From positions 27,823-91,822 of IMG/VR virus record IMGVR_UViG_3300021255_004321: DNA of 64,000 nucleotides. One strand, written 5' to 3'. Made by a program: the position numbers and the translations under genes. Source of the DNA: a virus. Lineage: Duplodnaviria; Caudoviricetes. This document shows, piece by piece, positions 28,267 through 38,782 of this stretch; the first letter of the stretch is position 1, and each line of letters starts with the position of its first letter. The notes beneath the pieces were generated by a model. The model had not been told where the DNA came from. It made no database searches and worked only from the letters and a program-made list of their open reading frames with translations.

Positions 28267-31200
28267 ATGATGAAAGAAGGTCTTACATTTATAAGTGAAA
28301 GAACAGGTCAGCTTAGATATTCTGACATTGCGACAGAAGAACAGTGGATTCAGCAAACAAGTACATACATTCCAATTCAAACTATCAAAAGAGGACAGCC
28401 TGTTTCAATTGCAACAAAAGAAGACTTGGAAATTGTTGCAAATGGTGATGAAGCTTTGTATGAAGCACTCCTTAATTCATCAGACTCTTATGTAGTTTTA
28501 ACAAACCCAACAAGACATACAAACACAATCGGTCTTGCTTTGGAATATACTGACGGACATCACGAGCTTGTTGATGGAAAACTTGAAACTGCTCCAAAGA
28601 TTCATATTATCAACAATGGTAAATACATTGAAGATGCCAACTATTATGCACAGGCTTTTACAGAAGAAGATTCTTATACAGTTGCAGGTGATGCCGACTC
28701 AGAATATGAGGAATACTGGCCGCCATTCTTTGATGATTATGAAAACTCAATTGGTAAGAAAATCTATGTAAAAGGTTCAGCTGACGGTGAACTTACACTT
28801 GTAAAAGAAGAAGCATACCTCGCTCACAACAATGTTATCGTTCTCGGTTTCGTAACAGACGCTAAACTCAAAGATAAAGAAAATGAAAAAGATGTTGGCG
28901 CAATCGAAGTTCAGGTACAAGGCGATGACCGCGGCCTTATTGATGCAACAATCTTTGAAGCTGTTGTAGGTGAAGACTTTGTTATAGGTGATACAAAAGT
29001 TCAAGCAAACGGCGAAACAAACTGTAAGACAAAAGTATTTGCTTTAGGTTCAGAAGATGATGAAACATTTGAGTTCTCATTCAACATCAATCAGCTTGTT
29101 AATACTCCAATGCCTAAAGGTTTTATCGCTCTTCAAAGAATTGACGGTAAAACATACATCATTCAGACAAATGGCGAAATAAGTGAAAGCCTTCTCAATG
29201 AAGGTGAAGCTTATGATTATAATGACCGCGCCTTCTATCAAGTTGCAAAGTATTATGCTGCAAATTATAATGAGTCAATCGAAAAAGTAGACCTTGCTGT
29301 TACTGAAGCATCAGCAACAAACTTGATTTCAAAGTTGGAAGCTGAACTTAAAAATGCAATGGCTTACATCTCACAAGGCGAAAATGTTTCATTAAAAGAT
29401 GGCCATACATCAAACATTACAGACCTTGATTTTGATGAGTCTGAACTTGGCACAAAGCATCGTCTTATTTGTAGAGCAAACGACATTGGTGGTTACTTTG
29501 ATGTTTATGTTTCATCAAACTTAACAGGTATTTTATCTGACCTCAATATCAAGTCACACGGTTCATTCTTCAACAGAGGATATGCTGTTCTTGCAGACAT
29601 TCGTAATCCTAAGAGACAGAACATTATTGGTATTTACAACTCAGGACATACTGGACTTGTAAAGAAAGGTGAAAATGCAATTTTCTTAAAGCAGGGTCTT
29701 TTCAGAGATGACTCAAATCCTTTTGAAGTAGGTGAAAGATACTATCTCGGTTCACACGGTAACATTTTCAAAGTTCCTCAAGAATACTACAACTCAATCA
29801 TCTCAATCGGTTATGCACAATATAAAGATGCTTTAATTGTCGATTGTTGTGATGTAAGACAATATAACAATGGTGACCTTCCTGTAGGCTATATGAAGCC
29901 TTCTATCAAAGGTGAAGCTGAATTCGGCTTCTTGTTGATGAACGGTCAGCCTGTAGAATATGAAGGACACGAACTTCTTTATAAGAGACTTAAGAACTGG
30001 TATGATGAAGCTGACTTGAAGCTTGGTTCATATTCTTTCGGTGAAGTAGAGAAAGCAGGATTTATTATCCCAAAAGTTCAGTATCAAAAACATACAGGTG
30101 AAGAAGAGTCTTATACTCCTGCACAGATTAAGTGGCTTGCAGAAGGCGTTTATAAAGAAATGCCAAGAACACCTTTTGTTCGTCGCTTCGTTGATATTGA
30201 TTATCCAAAGCAAGTTGTTGATAACAACGGAGAAGAAGAGGAAATCATCTTAGCACATCAGGCAAGAATACCTGACATTGACATTACTCCTCTTATGATT
30301 TATGGTCCTGAGGAAGACCGTTTGCAAATCCCAGATTTGGAGAATCTTGACATCAAGTTCTTCGCTGACTTGTCAGATGGCAATGTTCCTGAATGGGTAC
30401 AAATTGACCCAGGCTTCCATTCATTTGATGCACTTACATACTTTGGTTATAAATGGACTGTAACACAAACTAATGAGCCTTCTGACTCAAATCCTTACGG
30501 AACTTGGGTATTGAGAGCAGCTTATAACGGAACACAGGGTCCTAACGAAGTTGATAACGATGATACTGCTATGGGTATTTGTTATCAAGCTGACCCATTC
30601 TCTCCACCTGTTTCACTTGCAGGTCGTCGTGCAAGAATCTTTGTTGTAAAACACGATTACTACTCAAGACAGTTTGATGTTGAAGCTCTTTTCAAAGATT
30701 ATGTAAAAGAGTCTTTGGTTGATGCAACTGACCAACCTTGGGTAAGCCACGCAATCTCAGGTAACGCTGTTCGTCAGGACCTTTACAGAAGAGTTTACAC
30801 AAAAGACTTATTACTTGGTTCAACTGAAAGAAGAGCTGATGTAAATGGTTATATTCAGTCAATCAGATTGAACGGTGAAGCTCTTGAGAACGAAGATGAG
30901 TTGGCTGCATATACTCTCAACACAAATCTTCGTTTGAAGAATCCTGCAGCTGCAAACGGCGCATTCCTTGATTACTATAACGGAATATTAAAGTATTATT
31001 ATCAGAATGAAACTGAAGATAGCGCAATCTCACATAAAGCAGACTTACAAAAAGACATCTTAAATGAGCCTTACGCATTGCTTCCTTCTTATATGTTCAA
31101 AGCTCATAAAGAGTTGTTGGTTAAAAATGCAACAGCAAAAGACTTTACAGATCATCCTCACGGAATTGTAAATGATGGTTATGAAGGCAACCTTAATGCA

Positions 31201-34200
31201 AAAACTTTACAATCTGCAAACTTGGGTTACCCACAGCATATCTTGTCAAACAATGTAACAGAAGATGTAAATGAAGTTTATGTTGAAAAAGAGAATGCTG
31301 CAATTGCAATCACAATCCCTTATACACAAAAGACTACTACAGGTGATTACAGAACTCGTCTTGGTAACTTGACAGAATACAGAGACGCAGACGGTAACCT
31401 TATAAGACATACAATCAAAACTTATGGTAACACATCTGAACTTGTAGAAGATATTGATATTCGTAATGGCTTTGATTACGTTCAGAGAATACGCGGTGGT
31501 GTTGGCAGCAACAAGTCAATGAATATCAAGTATGGGTTCTCTGACGACGAACACGATATAACTTTTGAAGATGATAACGGAAACCCATTAAGCTTGTATG
31601 GTAACTTTGTTCAAACATCTTCAATTAAAAAGAAGTATGTTCTTTCAAGATTTGAAGGTAAGAACTCTCCTGCTATCGGAAGTGAGTTCTCAGATAAATA
31701 TATCGGTGACGGTGAAGAGCAAGTATTAAATGAAGCTTTGCAGGCAATTTATGAAATGCCTCTTGCAACATTCAAGTATAACAGAGAATACTTATCTGAA
31801 GACCCTTGGTACAAGAGATACTTCGGTATTATCGTTGAAAGAATTGCTGCAACAAAAGAAAACTTTGCAAGTGATGCAGAGTTGACAAACAAGACTGCAT
31901 TAGACGAAGTTGAGTATACTTATACTGATGAAGAGAAAGCTTCTATTGCAGAATACCTCAAACTTGTAACTGACAACCCAGAACAGGGTATGCGTGAGTC
32001 AACTGTTATTGGTATTCTTTTGAAAGCTGCAAAAGAAACACAGGAAAGATTGCTCAACCTTGAAGTATCAACATACGGTAAGGATTCTCCTACACTCCCA
32101 GGTGAGGACGAAAAGAATCCAAACTTTACAGCAAATGACCAAAAGTCAACAATCGCAGGTCTTAACCGTTTGGTTAAAGCATTGTGTCGTGAAGTGTTCC
32201 AAAATGCTGACCCAACAAATATCAATGAACTTGGCGGTTGGTCTGAAGATGGCGAAAACTATTCACGCCTTGACTTGATTGATAAAGAAGTAAACGGTGA
32301 AGCTGCAAAGGATGATAACCAAGAAAGAATCTTCCTTACAAAGGATATTGGTAAAACATATCCTGATGTTGCAGATATTACAGAAGAAGCTACACCTAAT
32401 GAGGCGCTTGTTCCTGATACTGCAAATGATAACGACTTCGGCGGCAAAGATGCAGTTAAGTACCCAACAGATACAACATATACTTCAAACCCAGAAGATA
32501 TTGATGACTTTGATGGTATTAACGATGCAATCAACAGAATCGTAGCTAAACTCAATCAACTCACAATTAACATCAACGGTGAGGACGACATCAAAAAGAA
32601 TCCAAAGAAACTTGATTACATTCGTGGAACTTTGGTAACACTTCTTCGTGATGTTTACTCTGATGGTTCAGTTGATGATGTTGAAAATGGCATATATGTT
32701 AAGAAAGGCCTTTCAAGAATTGATAAGATTCTTCAGGACCTTTACAACTTCGATTTAACTTACGGTGCAACAAGAGCAAAAGTAAATACATACAACGGCA
32801 AAGACTTGTATGGTGTAGAAAATAATGAGTCAGCAAGTACAGAAATGATTGACTCATTCAGTTCTCGTTCACCTGAAAAGATTGAAGATATTTTTGGCAA
32901 GGCATCAATTCTTGATGTTATAATTGAACTTCTCTCAGGTAATGAAAACAACTTGGTTAAGACAAAGTTGACACCTTGGAAAGACCTTGCAAACAATGAA
33001 AACAATTGGAAAATAAACGCAGACAACACAGTAGCAACAACATACGATAATACTGCAGAACTTGAAAACAATAAAAACTCTCGTAATCATTATACTGTTC
33101 TTCAGAGACTTGACGACATTGAAAAAGCATTGACTTTGATGTTCTCAAGATTTGCAAACAAAACTGATTTCACAAAAGATGCTCCTCGTATCGGTGAAGG
33201 CGCTTATGACGGTGTAACATCAGTTGATGATTATATGAAGTTCTTGAGACGCAACTCAGGACTTTGTTTCCACAGCGCAGGCTTGTATGCAGATAAAGTT
33301 GAAAACGATGAAAGAACTTCTGCAGCCAAAGCAATTACTGCTGAAGATTGGGTAAGACCTGTTCACGACACAGTAGACAACTTCGATGTTTACGATACAA
33401 TCTATGATGCAATCAAACGTATTAAGAACAGTGAAATGAACTTGGGCTACAACAATGCTAAGCTCGGTACTGATTACGATACATATAAGAACGGTAACGC
33501 AAGAATTACAAAAGATGCTTACGAAACTCTTGCTCCAAACGGTGAGGTTCCAACTCCTGATTATACTGTAACATCTGATATGAGAGCAGTTCTTAAATTG
33601 CTCTACGGTTCTGACTTGGCAAATGCAGATGCTTCAGATAACAAGACAGGTTCAGTACACTTCAATGTTACTGATGAAGCAAGTGACAACTTCAAGAACT
33701 CTCCTAACGGTGTTTCAGTAATTGATGCATTATATAAGATGTTATATAATGTGCCTCAAGCTTACAACTATGATGCAGGCGCAGGTACATCATCAAGATT
33801 ATCAGGAACAGTTGATGCTATATTTGAAAATGCAAAAGGCTTTGACCCAGCAGTTCCAAAAGCTCATATTGCTGTAGGTGAAAGTGAGTCTCCTGTAGCA
33901 GACGGACATCGTAAAGGCTTCATCTTGCAAAATAAAGATGGTAACGCTTACAGAAAGAATCGTATTGATGTTCTTGAAGATTGGGTAAAAGCTATTTATA
34001 GATATGTTGGCTTTGGTAGCACAGAAGATCCATATTACTTCATCGGTGACCTTCACCTTACTTTCGAAGATAGAGATGATGGCGATAAAGATGTATTCGT
34101 AAATGGAAAACAGTACTGCACAACAGCTTACAACAAGAAGTACATCACAACTTCTGGTAACTATACACTTGCAGAGATTGCTTTACAATCTTACTACAAC

Positions 34201-35301
34201 ACACTTAAACTTGAAAAAGTATTAGGTGATGATCCTAACAATTACCCAGTTGATTGGAACTATGTAATCCCTGCAGAAAGCGAAGACTTCAAGATTAAGT
34301 CAAAAGTTGAAACAGACCCAGATAAGGTTAAAGCAACAGGTGTACACGCTGCTCTTAATAAGCTCTACTCATATATCAATAAACTTGATGTTGCAGCAAT
34401 TGATATTGATGAAAGACTTCAGCAATATGCAAGAGACAACGATAAAGAAGTTAAAGATATTAAAGATGAAATTGGAGCTATCAAAGATGAGATGGGCACA
34501 AAGACTGCAGAGTCACCTATCGAAGCAGAAACTCTTTGGGGAGCAATTGAAGAGACAAATGTTGCAAACCGTTTGGTTGGCGATGTTGATACAGACCTTA
34601 AAGAAAAAGATGGCGATACTGTTCTCAAAGACGACGGAAAGCAACAGCCTGACAATAAAGTTGTAACACCTGCTGCTATGAAAGCTTATGTTGCAGACAT
34701 CGTAGAACAGTTGAGAAAAGAATACGATGAAAAGTGTCAGCAAGTAAAAGAACAAGCAATTATCCTTGCATACCTCAAATGTAGTAACATTACAGTAATC
34801 TCAGATAAGGCAATTCAAATTGACCATAACGGCGAAAATGAGGACTTCATTTGGGAAGAAGGACATACACCTAATGTAGGTACTCTCGAAGTTGTAGGTC
34901 CTGTATCAAAGAGATTCGGTAAAAAGATGTGCAAGATCCGCATCATCGATAATGAAGATAACATTACCTATGAAGCTTGGTTTGATTATGTTGAAAAAGA
35001 ATATAGCAACAGCTCATCTTACAAGCAAAACTTCCTCTTAGGAACAATTGATGTAGGTAACCGCTTAACTCCGGTTATTACAGAAGATGACATCCAAGGA
35101 AATAACTTGAATCCTGTTGTAGAGGAAACTGTTGAGACTGCAAATAACTTGTCAAGCGTTATCACAGATGATGTTGAAAAAGCTAATAACTTGACTCCTG
35201 TTATTACTGAAAACAATCTCACGGTGAATAACTTGACTGTAGGCGATGATAGTGCGACAGATAATTCAACAGGTAGCGAAGATAGCAGTTCAGGAGAATA
35301 A
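28267..35301 (+). CDS. large tail fibre/appendage protein with tail-collar domain and internal S74-like chaperone
   Basis: 'LPVGYM...GFLLMNGQ...LYKRL' (collar, ~29880); 'SSIKKK...ATFKY...FGIIVERI...ILLKAAKETQERL' (S74-like, ~31618-32063). Confidence 0.7.
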   Translation: MMKEGLTFISERTGQLRYSDIATEEQWIQQTSTYIPIQTIKRGQPVSIATKEDLEIVANGDEALYEALLNSSDSYVVLTNPTRHTNTIGLALEYTDGHHELVDGKLETAPKIHIINNGKYIEDANYYAQAFTEEDSYTVAGDADSEYEEYWPPFFDDYENSIGKKIYVKGSADGELTLVKEEAYLAHNNVIVLGFVTDAKLKDKENEKDVGAIEVQVQGDDRGLIDATIFEAVVGEDFVIGDTKVQANGETNCKTKVFALGSEDDETFEFSFNINQLVNTPMPKGFIALQRIDGKTYIIQTNGEISESLLNEGEAYDYNDRAFYQVAKYYAANYNESIEKVDLAVTEASATNLISKLEAELKNAMAYISQGENVSLKDGHTSNITDLDFDESELGTKHRLICRANDIGGYFDVYVSSNLTGILSDLNIKSHGSFFNRGYAVLADIRNPKRQNIIGIYNSGHTGLVKKGENAIFLKQGLFRDDSNPFEVGERYYLGSHGNIFKVPQEYYNSIISIGYAQYKDALIVDCCDVRQYNNGDLPVGYMKPSIKGEAEFGFLLMNGQPVEYEGHELLYKRLKNWYDEADLKLGSYSFGEVEKAGFIIPKVQYQKHTGEEESYTPAQIKWLAEGVYKEMPRTPFVRRFVDIDYPKQVVDNNGEEEEIILAHQARIPDIDITPLMIYGPEEDRLQIPDLENLDIKFFADLSDGNVPEWVQIDPGFHSFDALTYFGYKWTVTQTNEPSDSNPYGTWVLRAAYNGTQGPNEVDNDDTAMGICYQADPFSPPVSLAGRRARIFVVKHDYYSRQFDVEALFKDYVKESLVDATDQPWVSHAISGNAVRQDLYRRVYTKDLLLGSTERRADVNGYIQSIRLNGEALENEDELAAYTLNTNLRLKNPAAANGAFLDYYNGILKYYYQNETEDSAISHKADLQKDILNEPYALLPSYMFKAHKELLVKNATAKDFTDHPHGIVNDGYEGNLNAKTLQSANLGYPQHILSNNVTEDVNEVYVEKENAAIAITIPYTQKTTTGDYRTRLGNLTEYRDADGNLIRHTIKTYGNTSELVEDIDIRNGFDYVQRIRGGVGSNKSMNIKYGFSDDEHDITFEDDNGNPLSLYGNFVQTSSIKKKYVLSRFEGKNSPAIGSEFSDKYIGDGEEQVLNEALQAIYEMPLATFKYNREYLSEDPWYKRYFGIIVERIAATKENFASDAELTNKTALDEVEYTYTDEEKASIAEYLKLVTDNPEQGMRESTVIGILLKAAKETQERLLNLEVSTYGKDSPTLPGEDEKNPNFTANDQKSTIAGLNRLVKALCREVFQNADPTNINELGGWSEDGENYSRLDLIDKEVNGEAAKDDNQERIFLTKDIGKTYPDVADITEEATPNEALVPDTANDNDFGGKDAVKYPTDTTYTSNPEDIDDFDGINDAINRIVAKLNQLTININGEDDIKKNPKKLDYIRGTLVTLLRDVYSDGSVDDVENGIYVKKGLSRIDKILQDLYNFDLTYGATRAKVNTYNGKDLYGVENNESASTEMIDSFSSRSPEKIEDIFGKASILDVIIELLSGNENNLVKTKLTPWKDLANNENNWKINADNTVATTYDNTAELENNKNSRNHYTVLQRLDDIEKALTLMFSRFANKTDFTKDAPRIGEGAYDGVTSVDDYMKFLRRNSGLCFHSAGLYADKVENDERTSAAKAITAEDWVRPVHDTVDNFDVYDTIYDAIKRIKNSEMNLGYNNAKLGTDYDTYKNGNARITKDAYETLAPNGEVPTPDYTVTSDMRAVLKLLYGSDLANADASDNKTGSVHFNVTDEASDNFKNSPNGVSVIDALYKMLYNVPQAYNYDAGAGTSSRLSGTVDAIFENAKGFDPAVPKAHIAVGESESPVADGHRKGFILQNKDGNAYRKNRIDVLEDWVKAIYRYVGFGSTEDPYYFIGDLHLTFEDRDDGDKDVFVNGKQYCTTAYNKKYITTSGNYTLAEIALQSYYNTLKLEKVLGDDPNNYPVDWNYVIPAESEDFKIKSKVETDPDKVKATGVHAALNKLYSYINKLDVAAIDIDERLQQYARDNDKEVKDIKDEIGAIKDEMGTKTAESPIEAETLWGAIEETNVANRLVGDVDTDLKEKDGDTVLKDDGKQQPDNKVVTPAAMKAYVADIVEQLRKEYDEKCQQVKEQAIILAYLKCSNITVISDKAIQIDHNGENEDFIWEEGHTPNVGTLEVVGPVSKRFGKKMCKIRIIDNEDNITYEAWFDYVEKEYSNSSSYKQNFLLGTIDVGNRLTPVITEDDIQGNNLNPVVEETVETANNLSSVITDDVEKANNLTPVITENNLTVNNLTVGDDSATDNSTGSEDSSSGE
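35059..35241 (+). repeat. 14-aa coding tandem repeat NNLxPVIT(E/D) at the fibre C-terminus
   Basis: NRLTPVITEDDIQG/NNLNPVVEETVETA/NNLSSVITDDVEKA/NNLTPVITE/NNLTV/NNLTV. Confidence 0.75.
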
Positions 35302-35322
35302 CTAAATATTAGGAGATAGAAA

Positions 35323-35670
35323 ATGGCAAAAAGATATGAGGCAACACAGGAGACTTTAACAGATGCTTCTTATGAAGTAAGATTGGAAGGCAGCACAATT
35401 GATATAAAAAACATCACAGGTATAGACCCAGGCACATTGTATGCAAAGAAAGGCGACACTCCTGTTATGGTTAATGGAACTTCTAAAAGCCTTGCTATTT
35501 CAGGCAGCATAACAAGTATTGAAGCTGCAGCTACAGCAATTAAGTCAATCTTGTATGTTTTGAAAGGAGCTTCTGACCATACTACTGAAGCAATCACTGG
35601 TGCACAAAATATCGCAGGTGATCCTGCCCCAGCAGACCTTACATTCGGACAACTTATAGCAATAAACTAA
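35323..35670 (+). CDS. hypothetical late protein
   Basis: SD AGGAG and class C motif upstream. Confidence 0.65.
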   Translation: MAKRYEATQETLTDASYEVRLEGSTIDIKNITGIDPGTLYAKKGDTPVMVNGTSKSLAISGSITSIEAAATAIKSILYVLKGASDHTTEAITGAQNIAGDPAPADLTFGQLIAIN

Positions 35671-35678
35671 TATAACTT

Positions 35679-36686
35679 ATGTCAAACAACTTATATGGCG
35701 AACAGTATGATAGCTGTTCGCCTGTAGCACAAACAATATCTTTAACTCTTCAGCATCTTACGATAGATGGCAAAACTTTAGCAGGTGAACAAGCCGACTA
35801 TTCAAGTTTCTTTTCAGGCGGTATAACTGAGAAGTTTTTGTTACTTATTAAAGCCCCGTTAAAATATACTTTGTGGTTTGATTACGATTATAATAAAAAA
35901 GACGCTAACGGCGTAAAAGAGCCTAACGGACTTTTTGAAGGTTTGATTTTCAACGTTGATGGTTCTTCAGATGCAAATTGTGAAATACTTCCTATGTTTG
36001 TTGATGATGATGGAAATCCTATTAGGGTGTTTGCAACATTCAAAATGTATCGTAATTTGAATTATGATGCAAACTCAGGTGAAAGCTGGAGAACCGACTT
36101 ATTTAATTTCTTAAAGCAACATTTATATCTTCTTGACAGCATAGTTGATGACAACAATAATGATTTAAAATCCGACTTAATATATTTTGAGCAATCTCGA
36201 GACGTTCCAGAACAGTTTGCAGGGTATTACTGCTATGCATCTGCAGGCCACGAGGAGCAGGCACTAAGTAAAGATATTCTTAAAAGAGATGCATATTTTA
36301 GTTGTATTAAAGAAGCAGATGATGTTTCTTATAAAAGGTTTGTATCTTTACGTTCTTGTCGTCGTTTCAAGTGCACAGGTGAAGCATTATATAAAAATAA
36401 TACAGGAGCTATATCTACAGTATATGTAAATGGGTATAATTCATTGGGTAAGTATGTTGCTACACCTCAGATAGATGAAAAGACAATTCTTGCAGGAACA
36501 TATGATGATTACACAGAGATAGAAGCTTCTGATCTTACAACGCCATCCGCTTATATAATCAATTCTTTAGGAGAAACATTTTTCTCTAAATTTGAAAATG
36601 CCCGCAAAATACAAAATCTTGCAGGCCAATCAGTTGGGACTGATAAAGTACTTCGTCCTATGATGTATATTATTTCACAAAGCTAA
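35679..36686 (+). CDS. hypothetical late protein
   Basis: 335-aa ORF; ATG 13 nt after the start of ACTAATA, no SD. Confidence 0.65.
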   Translation: MSNNLYGEQYDSCSPVAQTISLTLQHLTIDGKTLAGEQADYSSFFSGGITEKFLLLIKAPLKYTLWFDYDYNKKDANGVKEPNGLFEGLIFNVDGSSDANCEILPMFVDDDGNPIRVFATFKMYRNLNYDANSGESWRTDLFNFLKQHLYLLDSIVDDNNNDLKSDLIYFEQSRDVPEQFAGYYCYASAGHEEQALSKDILKRDAYFSCIKEADDVSYKRFVSLRSCRRFKCTGEALYKNNTGAISTVYVNGYNSLGKYVATPQIDEKTILAGTYDDYTEIEASDLTTPSAYIINSLGETFFSKFENARKIQNLAGQSVGTDKVLRPMMYIISQS

Positions 36687-37524
36687 CACCGTCAGGAGTC
36701 ATAAAGCCGGCTTTTACAGTTGCAGGACAACCTGAGAAGCCTTCTTTATTTGGCTGTGACCCACAATAAGGGCACCAAGAACAAGAATGAGTCATATTGC
36801 CGCGGGCTCTTGACCAGTTCATTGTGTGAATTGCTTCGATGTTTCCAATATAATGATTGTTGATTAAGTCTTCCATTTCTTCAGCGGTGTATTTGATTTC
36901 TTTTACACCACGAAGCATATTCTGCTCAACTGTTTTATTTTCCAAATCCTTCTGCATAGGACCAAAAATAAACAACTTTACACGAGCAGCAGTCTGTTCG
37001 ATTGTCCAACCTTTTTCAAGGCCTTTCATATAAGCATACAAAACTTGCTGAGGTTTGTAAGAGTTTGCGTTGATTGAAGCGCCTGTCTTATAATCGTAGA
37101 TAATTATTTCATCATCTTTTTCAAGACACAAGTCAAGATAACCAATAAAAGGTTCTTTGTTGATTGTATTTTTTACTTTACCTTCCTGAGAAACTTTCCA
37201 TCCTTCTGCTTCTTTTGGGGCAATCAATTTATTCCAAAAGGCGAAAAACTTTGCAACAGCAGGATGATAGTCGTAATAAAATTCTTTTTCTGGGTCAGTT
37301 ACATTTACTTTGTAATGTTCAATTCTTTCATTAAGAATTTTCCAGAAGTCTTCTTCAGACATACCTGTATGATACTTTTCAGCTGTTTCGTGAAAAGCAG
37401 ATCCTTTATCTGCAAGCTGTGTGTTTACAGGCGCGGTTGATTTCCAATGTTCAACGTAATTGAGTTTATATTTAAGTGGGCATTCAACGAAACAACCAAC
37501 TCTTGATGCTGACCAATTTGACAT
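36670..37524 (-). CDS. PD-(D/E)XK nuclease, Cas4/RecB-like (probable Fe-S)
   Basis: WSASR..CP, GSAFHE, E..GYLDL..IYDYKTG, QQVLYA, CSWCPYC. Confidence 0.88.
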   Translation of the reverse strand: MSNWSASRVGCFVECPLKYKLNYVEHWKSTAPVNTQLADKGSAFHETAEKYHTGMSEEDFWKILNERIEHYKVNVTDPEKEFYYDYHPAVAKFFAFWNKLIAPKEAEGWKVSQEGKVKNTINKEPFIGYLDLCLEKDDEIIIYDYKTGASINANSYKPQQVLYAYMKGLEKGWTIEQTAARVKLFIFGPMQKDLENKTVEQNMLRGVKEIKYTAEEMEDLINNHYIGNIEAIHTMNWSRARGNMTHSCSWCPYCGSQPNKEGFSGCPATVKAGFMTPDGVSFVK

Positions 37525-37557
37525 AATTTTTCCTTCAATAATAATATAAAGTGTTTT

Positions 37558-38391
37558 TTACTCGGGTTTAATTATTCCTTTGAAAACTTCAAAGTTATTT
37601 GAGTAAGGATTGTCATAAATTGCAAAAACAATCGTCTTAAAAAGAGTACATTTGTTGTATGCGGCGTCTTTCCAAGCTTTTGCAACTGTTGCTGGGTCGT
37701 TCTTAAATGCACCGCATCCAAAAGCGCCTACAACAATATGATCTACCTTCTTTTTATATGCAACATCGAAAATGCGACAAGCTCTTTTGTAATGTATTTT
37801 ATACAACTCATCATTGCTGACTTTACGGTCTATCGCTTTATCGACATTGAACATATCACAATTCTTTTCACGAAGGTTTGGAGCTGCACAAGTAATTACA
37901 TCAATCTTTGGATATGGACTTTTCAAAAGAGTGTAGTTATCCGCTTTGAAAACTGCAACTTTAGGAGTCCAAATAATGTCGTCATTGTGAAGCGGGTCGA
38001 GATTATCACGATGTGGCTTATAAAACTCATTCCAACACTTTTCGTTTGAGATTGTGTTGTATAAAGTTGAACAACGACAAAGACTCTCTTCCTGTGCAGA
38101 TGACCCTTTTACAACACCTCCGCCTGCAGTTGTTGCTGAAGCAAAGTTTAGTGCTGCAACATTACCACCGAGCTTTTCAAACAAGCTTCTTGCAGCGTCA
38201 AAAGTACCCGACTTTATAACTGCAATGTTTGCTGATTTTGAGTTGATTGAAGGCTCGAGCTTCAAATCCTTTCCTTCGGGAATTACCTGCATATACTGAT
38301 TTGTGTAAGCTATCGCATCCTGTAATTCTTTTGTGTTTGCAATTCTTGCACAACTGTCTCTAAAAACTTCGATGTTACTTTCCCTGCTCAT
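37558..38391 (-). CDS. TIGR02452/DUF2263 bacterial PARG-type macrodomain (ADP-ribose glycohydrolase)
   Basis: LNFASA..GGG...GSSAQEESLCR, ITCAAPN, VGAFGCGAFKND, VFAI. Confidence 0.9.
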   Translation of the reverse strand: MSRESNIEVFRDSCARIANTKELQDAIAYTNQYMQVIPEGKDLKLEPSINSKSANIAVIKSGTFDAARSLFEKLGGNVAALNFASATTAGGGVVKGSSAQEESLCRCSTLYNTISNEKCWNEFYKPHRDNLDPLHNDDIIWTPKVAVFKADNYTLLKSPYPKIDVITCAAPNLREKNCDMFNVDKAIDRKVSNDELYKIHYKRACRIFDVAYKKKVDHIVVGAFGCGAFKNDPATVAKAWKDAAYNKCTLFKTIVFAIYDNPYSNNFEVFKGIIKPE

Positions 38392-38749
38392 CTTCGCCTT
38401 TCCTATAAGTACCTACATATTCTGACTGAGGTTCATTAGCAATTTCCTCATCAGTAATATTAACACCTCTTTCTTTATATGCAGCAATAAGCATTTCAAG
38501 AGGCGAATGTGGGTGTTTCATAAAGAATTCATCATCGTGTCTTGGGAAACGAATATCTGATACATAACCGCATCCCATACAATACATATCAAATCTTGAC
38601 TTTTTATCTTCAGTATCAATATAACTGAAAATTGGAGCAGAACATTTACAATGTCCCATCATAACAAGATTGTTGGATATGTCTTTTGTTGCTTTCAACG
38701 ATTCATTTTTTAATATGTTCTTTCCAACCTTTTTTGCTTTTGAACTCAT
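38375..38749 (-). CDS. Zn-ribbon hypothetical protein
   Basis: HCKCS...CMGCG. Confidence 0.65.
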   Translation of the reverse strand: MSSKAKKVGKNILKNESLKATKDISNNLVMMGHCKCSAPIFSYIDTEDKKSRFDMYCMGCGYVSDIRFPRHDDEFFMKHPHSPLEMLIAAYKERGVNITDEEIANEPQSEYVGTYRKGEDEQGK

Positions 38750-38782
38750 CTTCTACCTCTGAATTATATTAACTAATTCTAT

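Noticed and set aside
36670-37524. Cas4-like gene as part of a CRISPR-Cas system
   Set aside because: No repeat-spacer array or other cas gene seen; solo Cas4/RecB-like nucleases are common in phages
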